A stretch of DNA of 32,000 nt from Ignicoccus pacificus DSM 13166 (GTDB taxonomy: Archaea > Thermoproteota > Thermoprotei_A > Sulfolobales > Ignicoccaceae): the NCBI GenBank assembly GCA_025340205.1, contig CP006868.1, positions 570,001 to 602,000 on the forward strand, given 5' to 3'. The notes beneath the pieces are model-generated. The model had not been told where the DNA came from, did not search any database, and worked only from the letters and a program-made list of their open reading frames with translations. The first letter of the stretch is position 1; every line of letters begins with the position of its first letter. Positions 27,269 to 32,000 of this stretch are shown here, one piece after another. A program made the position numbers and the translations under genes.

Positions 27269-27390
27269 GGATCAAGAGGTTTCTGACCAAGAAGAGGGAC
27301 GAGGAGTTCTGCCCTTCGTGCATACCTGTTCAATTAGGAACGGACAGCGTAAAAGATGAGAGCGAGCATGAGAACTGGGACCAAGGGTGA
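27265..27390 (+). CDS. 41-aa small protein with CPSC motif
   Basis: MRIKRFLTKKRDEEFCPSCIPVQLGTDSVKDESEHENWDQG; ATGA overlap with upstream gene and GTGA overlap with downstream gene; missing from the ORF track because of length. Confidence 0.6.
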   Translation: MRIKRFLTKKRDEEFCPSCIPVQLGTDSVKDESEHENWDQG

Positions 27391-27581
27391 GGTGCGTAAG
27401 CGCTTACCAACTCATCCTCGCCATGATCTTGGCGAGCTTGAGCGGCGTCTTGACCGTTTATAGCTTGGTAGGATCCTCCTATGCCTTGTACTTGCTTCAG
27501 CTCAGCACGGTATTCGTAGTGACCTTTGCCGTTTCCCTATTCATAGCGGAGGTGGTATGCAAATGGACAGGGCTCTGCTGA
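27387..27581 (+). CDS. Small membrane protein (two predicted TM helices)
   Basis: 64 aa, MRCVSAYQLILAMILASLSGVLTVYSLVGSSYALYLLQLSTVFVVTFAVSLF; GTGA start overlap; overlaps the subtilase start. Confidence 0.65.
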   Translation: MRCVSAYQLILAMILASLSGVLTVYSLVGSSYALYLLQLSTVFVVTFAVSLFIAEVVCKWTGLC

Positions 27582-29143
27582 GCGCCCTCCTTCTAGTTTC
27601 AATTGCCTTAGCCGTCGAGTTTCCCGGCTTCGGCTGGACGATAAATCCCTTGGCTCAAGGGTTCTACCAAGCGGGTCCCATCAAGCTGGTGAGAGGAGGC
27701 GGCTACCCGATATACTTGGGAACTTACCAGGCGGTTCCCGGGAACCAGTCCGGAGTATGCGTTCCCTTCTGGTGGAGGGACTTAGTAGGGGCCAAGCAAG
27801 CGAACGACGCTGGGATCAACGGTAAGGGAGTGAAGGTGCTAATCATCGACAGCGGCGTCGACGATAAAGTCTTGAAGCAAGTCTTCGGCAGGGGAGTGGA
27901 CTATCACTTCAACGCAGCTTACCAAGTGTATAAGGACCAATGCATAAAGAACGAAACGATCGCAGGAATAAAGTACTGTATTCTCGAGGAGATCCCCAGC
28001 GGATGGCAGAAGATAGTGTACGCTATTCCCCTCAACCAGAGCTTGGATGAAATGGGTCACGGAACGGCGGTGGCCGCCACCATACTCTCCATAGCTCCTA
28101 ACGTCACCTTGTACTCCGCCAGAGTAGCCATAGACATGCTAATACTGGACCAGAACAATACGCTCTACGCGAAGCAAGTGCTGATAGATTCATTCGCCGT
28201 CAACTGGGCTCTAACTCACGCCGTCTACGGACCGGACCTAAAGCCTGGAACGAGCGACGACGCTGACATAGTCAACATGAGCTTGGGAGGCATGTTCTAC
28301 CCCTCTCCAGGTCCCATGGAGTCCCTAGACATACCCTATGAGCTATTGATATGGTACCTCTACAGGGTGCCCTTACAGAACTTGAGCAAAAACGTGCTCG
28401 TTGTAGCAGCAGCTGGAAACGACGCGGAGAACATCCCAGCCGTTCCAGCCGGTATCGACGAGGCCACCGCTGTAAGTGCCCTGGAGTACTTGAACGGCAG
28501 CTGGGTCCTTGCCCCCTTCACTCAAACCGGTTATGGAATAGACTTCGCCGAGCTCGGCGCTGGAATGTACTTGCCGGTTCCCAAGAACTCCATAATAGCT
28601 CAGTACATCAACGACAGCTGTTCCAACGTGACCGGGGACGTGAAGTGGGTTAGGCTCGACGGAACCTCCTTCGCAGCTCCCATGCTGAGCGGCCTGGCCG
28701 CTCTGTGGGAACAAGCCAGCGGTCTGAAGGGTCAAGAGCTGTACAACCTGCTCAAGAGCAACGCGATAGACCTAGGCCCTACCGGCTACGACCAAGAGAC
28801 GGGGTGGGGAATGGTTAAGGCCCCTACCGGAACCATAGTCTTGAACAACTCCTCAAGTACTTCTTCCACGGGGATACCCATGATCTTCGCGCCGGCGTTA
28901 GTCGCCTTAAGGAAAAAGAAGAAAGTGCTAGCAGCTCTACTGTTGCTCTCAGCCAGCGTGTTTGCGTTAAACGTCACAGCTAATTCAGTAGCAATAGCCT
29001 CCGCCTTAGCTAGCGGAGTCACCGCTTACCTAGCGTACGGAGACCTCACTGCCTCGGTTATCTCGGCTCTCTTGGGATTTGGTATAATGATGTCTGCGCT
29101 GTTCCTAGCGATGTTGATACTGAAAATACTTAAGAAGCAATAG
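27557..29143 (+). CDS. Secreted subtilisin-like (S8) serine protease with C-terminal hydrophobic tail
   Basis: Signal peptide; catalytic motifs VLIIDSGVD, GHGTAVAATI, LDGTSFAAPMLSG; C-terminus KKKKVLAALLLLSASVFALN... with further TM segments. Confidence 0.93.
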   Translation: MQMDRALLSALLLVSIALAVEFPGFGWTINPLAQGFYQAGPIKLVRGGGYPIYLGTYQAVPGNQSGVCVPFWWRDLVGAKQANDAGINGKGVKVLIIDSGVDDKVLKQVFGRGVDYHFNAAYQVYKDQCIKNETIAGIKYCILEEIPSGWQKIVYAIPLNQSLDEMGHGTAVAATILSIAPNVTLYSARVAIDMLILDQNNTLYAKQVLIDSFAVNWALTHAVYGPDLKPGTSDDADIVNMSLGGMFYPSPGPMESLDIPYELLIWYLYRVPLQNLSKNVLVVAAAGNDAENIPAVPAGIDEATAVSALEYLNGSWVLAPFTQTGYGIDFAELGAGMYLPVPKNSIIAQYINDSCSNVTGDVKWVRLDGTSFAAPMLSGLAALWEQASGLKGQELYNLLKSNAIDLGPTGYDQETGWGMVKAPTGTIVLNNSSSTSSTGIPMIFAPALVALRKKKKVLAALLLLSASVFALNVTANSVAIASALASGVTAYLAYGDLTASVISALLGFGIMMSALFLAMLILKILKKQ

Positions 29144-29212
29144 CGTCAATTTGTTTTGAGGACTGCCTAGCTTAGGATACTCAAGGGAGTTATAAGGTCT
29201 CTTTCGGAAGTC

Positions 29213-29223
29213 CTTTTATACCT
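29213..29223 (+). promoter_or_regulatory. TATA-box-like element for pstS-like gene
   Basis: CCTTTTATACC about 40 nt upstream of GTG at 29258, leaving room for an SD-containing leader. Confidence 0.45.
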
Positions 29224-29257
29224 TTTTCCAGTCCTTCATCACGAGGAGTGGAAGGTC

Positions 29258-30301
29258 GTGAAGGAAAAGGTATTCGCATTAACCATACTCCTCTCCTTGC
29301 CAGCGCTAGCCGTCACGCTAACTGGAACAGGCTCCAGCTTCGTCTTCCCCTTCCTCTCCGCCGCTGCCTACTACTACCAGGGAGCCAACGTTCAGTACCA
29401 AGCCACCGGTTCAGGAGCGGGAATAGTGAACTTGCTCAATCACCTAACCGACTTCGCCGCAAGCGACGTTCCAATGCCTAAGAACAACTATTGCAAGCTC
29501 CTCTATGAAGGGAAGCAAGTGGTTCACGTTCCCTTGGTCGCGGGAGCAGTAGTAGTGGTCTACAACGTTCCCGAGCTCAGAGGGATGACCTTAAGGCTGA
29601 ACGGAAAGGTTCTGGCTGACATATACTTGGGTAAGGTGAAGTACTGGGACGATCCGGAGATCAAGAGGCTTCAAACCCCTCAAGTGGCCTCTCGTCTACC
29701 TCACAAGCCCATAATAGCCGTCCACAGGTCCGACGCCTCCGGAACAACCGCTGTCTTCACCACTTACCTCTCCAAGAGCAGCAGGGAGTGGGCCAGAAGG
29801 ATTGGATCCGGACTAACCGTCACCTGGCCCGTCGACAGGCTTGGGAGGGGAGTGGGGGCCCCCAAGAACCAAGGAGTCGCTGCCAGCGTGTCCAGAACCC
29901 CCTACAGCATAGGCTACGTTGAGCTGGCCTATGCGATTCAAGCTAGGCTTCCGGTAGCTGAGCTACAGAACGCTGAGGGATACTTCGTCAAGCCCACTCC
30001 AGAGACCATAAGCGCCGCCACCGAGGGTGCCATGAAGTACTGGGTCTGTGTACTCCACGCCCCCTACTGGTTCGCCAACTCCTTGGTGCTGGCTCCCGGA
30101 AGGAACTCCTACCCGATAGTAGCAGTTCCCTACATGATCTTCTTCAGGGACTCTCCCAAGCTACCCTACCTAATAAAGTTCGCCGAGTATCTGCTGAGCG
30201 ACAACATACAGAAGAACGTAGTGAGGATGGGATACGCCCCGCTGAGCAAGGCTCTAAGGATGGAGATAATCAAGGAGCTCAACATGCTCATGAGAAGGTG
30301 A
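29258..30301 (+). CDS. pstS: Phosphate ABC transporter substrate-binding protein (PstS-like)
   Basis: Signal peptide; TLTGTGSSFVFPFLSAA, ATGSGAGIVNLL, DFAASDVPM, HRSDASGTTAVFTTYLS. Confidence 0.93.
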   Translation: MKEKVFALTILLSLPALAVTLTGTGSSFVFPFLSAAAYYYQGANVQYQATGSGAGIVNLLNHLTDFAASDVPMPKNNYCKLLYEGKQVVHVPLVAGAVVVVYNVPELRGMTLRLNGKVLADIYLGKVKYWDDPEIKRLQTPQVASRLPHKPIIAVHRSDASGTTAVFTTYLSKSSREWARRIGSGLTVTWPVDRLGRGVGAPKNQGVAASVSRTPYSIGYVELAYAIQARLPVAELQNAEGYFVKPTPETISAATEGAMKYWVCVLHAPYWFANSLVLAPGRNSYPIVAVPYMIFFRDSPKLPYLIKFAEYLLSDNIQKNVVRMGYAPLSKALRMEIIKELNMLMRR

Positions 30302-30307
30302 TTTTTT
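30301..30307 (+). terminator. T-tract terminator after pstS
   Basis: TGATTTTTTAGG directly at the stop codon. Confidence 0.45.
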
Positions 30308-30435
30308 AGGCGCGGTCCCGGAGTCCATTAAACTCTTGTTATCGCCTCATGGGGTCTTCCCGTCTTCTCCTTAGGCGCGACACGTTAAGCCGCGGGCGGG
30401 TCATCCCGCGCCTTCTCGTTGTGTGATCCCATCGT
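30307..30435. ncRNA. GC-rich candidate structured intergenic element with antisense 23S rRNA-like core motif
   Basis: Minus strand reads GACGGGAAGACCCCATG (30348-30364); inverted repeats CGCGGG/CCCGCG (30391-30410) and GGCGCG/CGCGCC (30374-30412); 9-bp direct repeat TTAGGCGCG at 30306 and 30371. Confidence 0.3.
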
Positions 30436-30847
30436 TCTCTAATTAACCTTAACCTTACGTTAGCAATAAATCTTTTTTACCATCCCAAGGCGAAATATAT
30501 TATCGCCTCTGATCCTCAGCTCTTTATTCGCTCTCTCGCAATTATCTTTAGAATTTCTTTCAGCGTTTGCTTTGATTGAGTTTAAAGTACCTACAACTTC
30601 GTACACGAGATCCGACGTATCCATTGTCCACTTCTTCTTGCTCCTCTGTGGAAAGACCTTGGTAGAGAATAGTATGACATGTTTGAATTACACGTATCGA
30701 CAAGGAAAGTACAAAATAGATCCCCCAATCCTAAACTCTATTCAGTCCATAAATAGAGAAATAAGTGAGATGCGTTTGTTCTGCCTTTAAAACTACTCAA
30801 ACGGTTTATTATAGGGAATACTCGCAATTACTATACGATGAGAGAAC

Positions 30848-31036
30848 ATGAAATACGAACTAGCGAACATGGCGCTTGGTCTCTTGGGAGTGCTCGTGTT
30901 CGCCTACTTGTTCCTCACAACAAAGGACAACAGCTATATTTACTACGCCTTTGGGGCGCTAGGTTATGCAGTAGTCTACTTCTTACTCTTTATAGTCTCA
31001 ATATCAAAAAAGAGAAACATCTCCTCCATCATCTAA
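30848..31036 (+). CDS. Small membrane protein, two TM helices
   Basis: 62 aa, MKYELANMALGLLGVLVFAYLFLTTKDNSYIYYAFGALGYAVVYFLLFIV; TATA-like TTTATTATA about 40 nt upstream. Confidence 0.6.
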   Translation: MKYELANMALGLLGVLVFAYLFLTTKDNSYIYYAFGALGYAVVYFLLFIVSISKKRNISSII

Positions 31037-31072
31037 TAAGGAAAATGCTTCCACTGAGATGGGGTCGATCCT

Positions 31073-31636
31073 TTGCTCCTCAAACCCTCGGACTCTCTAA
31101 AGGAAGCGGAAAAGCTTGGGATACCCGTTCCTCTGTGGAGCTTCGAACCCAACATAGAGCCTCCGGCCTACGTGAAGGCCGACGTGGCCTATCCACACAA
31201 GAGCGACGTGGGAGGGGTGAGAAGGGCCGAGACCAAGGAAGAGCTCTTGAAGTATTACCAAGAGATCAAGGAGAGGTTCGGATCAGCAATAGTTCAGAAA
31301 GAGGTGAAGGGGAACCTTGAGCTCTTGGTATCAATGAAGCGGGATAGGGTCTTCGGGAGAGTACTGGTAGTAGCCTTAGGGGGCCTCTTAGCATCCCTAC
31401 TCAAGGAGTCGGTCGTTACGTCCTGTCCCTTCTGCGAGGAAGTCTTCGAGAAGAAGATAGAGGGTTCGAGGCTCGGGGAACTCCTCAAGGGATACAGGAG
31501 AATAAGGGTGGATAAGGAATGCCTCTTCAGCGTTTTAGAGAAGCTCTGCTCAGCGGAAGCGGAGACTTTTGAGATCAACCCCTTGCTCCTCGCCGAGGGT
31601 GGCTGTTGGGCGGTGGATGTAAAGGTCTGGAAGTAG
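31073..31636 (+). CDS. ATP-grasp ADP-forming acyl-CoA synthetase beta-subunit-like protein (compact)
   Basis: LGIPVPLW..., KADVAYPHKSDVGGVRRAETKEEL, VVALGG, EINPLLLAEGGCWAVDVKV. Confidence 0.8.
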   Translation: MLLKPSDSLKEAEKLGIPVPLWSFEPNIEPPAYVKADVAYPHKSDVGGVRRAETKEELLKYYQEIKERFGSAIVQKEVKGNLELLVSMKRDRVFGRVLVVALGGLLASLLKESVVTSCPFCEEVFEKKIEGSRLGELLKGYRRIRVDKECLFSVLEKLCSAEAETFEINPLLLAEGGCWAVDVKVWK

Positions 31637-32000
31637 CGAGGTACTATGATGCCATCGCCCGAGGCTACGATGAACTATATGGAGAGGAGCAAGAGAGGAA
31701 ATATTATGTCGGTTTGAAGATCCTCCCACCTAAGGAGAGGGTGCTGGACGCCGGGTGTGGGACTGCCTTGCTCTCGGAGCACGTCGAGGGATACTACTTA
31801 GGAATTGACATAAGCATCGAGATGCTAAAGATAGGAAAAGAGAAGATAAGAGGTGAAACTAAGGACTTGGTTCTAGGAGACGTCCAGCTCCTCCCCCTGA
31901 GAAGTAAGAGCTTCGCTACTTGCTACTCCTTCACAGTCCTTCAGAACGTGGAGGACCCCCACAAGGCTTTGGAGGAACTGAGGAGGTGTTGTTCCTCTTG
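31606..32000 (+). CDS. SAM-dependent class I methyltransferase, truncated by window end
   Basis: Frame reads ...VARYYDAIARGYDELYGEEQERKYYVGLKILPPKERVLDAGCGTALLSEHVEGYYLGIDISIEMLKIGKEKIRG...CYSFTVLQNVEDPHKALEELRR; likely TTG start at 31606 with GAGGGT upstream. Confidence 0.85.
   Translation, partial: MGGGCKGLEVARYYDAIARGYDELYGEEQERKYYVGLKILPPKERVLDAGCGTALLSEHVEGYYLGIDISIEMLKIGKEKIRGETKDLVLGDVQLLPLRSKSFATCYSFTVLQNVEDPHKALEELRRCCSS

Noticed and set aside
30572-30790. 72-aa plus-strand ORF
   Set aside because: Lies in AT-rich intergenic DNA, with no domain, weak start context and irregular composition; insufficient support.
30838-31320. 160-aa minus-strand-type translation listed on minus strand
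   Set aside because: Antisense to the small membrane protein and the ATP-grasp gene; Arg/Gly/Leu-rich shadow ORF.
1-32000. CRISPR array, tRNA genes, transposases or integrases
   Set aside because: Scanned by eye for regularly spaced direct repeats, GGTTCGAATCC-like T-arms and DDE/tyrosine recombinase motifs; none convincing. A tool-based scan would be needed to exclude split or intron-containing tRNAs.

Overview
The window is a 32 kb archaeal chromosome segment. Gene content and style (bifunctional FBP aldolase/phosphatase, TTG/GTG starts, TATA-like boxes close to start codons, Thr/Val-rich surface-protein linkers) point to a hyperthermophilic crenarchaeote, possibly Ignicoccus-like; this is inference and I did no database search. 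Most of the window is ordinary, compactly packed chromosome: uppS, dut, thyX, a geranylgeranyl-reductase-like flavoprotein, fbp, a thioredoxin-reductase-like protein, a LysE-type exporter, a tRNA-binding OB protein, a subtilase, pstS, an ATP-grasp acyl-CoA synthetase subunit and a partial methyltransferase. The best candidate for an unusual system is at the left edge: an AT-rich segment with a truncated SF2 helicase C-terminus directly followed by a large protein with a DUF1998/DrmB-like histidine/cysteine signature, a split helicase + DUF1998 arrangement reminiscent of DISARM. Other points of interest: a 1158-aa secreted tandem beta-propeller protein with a leaderless relative 2 kb away, a CARF-wHTH (Csa3-like) regulator without CRISPR in view, a membrane-anchored ~300-aa coiled-coil protein with an uncharacterised partner, a GT-C-like membrane protein fused to PA14, a thioredoxin reductase lacking canonical NADPH motifs, a subtilase with an unusual hydrophobic tail in a small-gene operon, and two possibly structured intergenic regions, one carrying an antisense copy of a conserved 23S rRNA core motif. 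No CRISPR array, tRNA or transposase was recognised.
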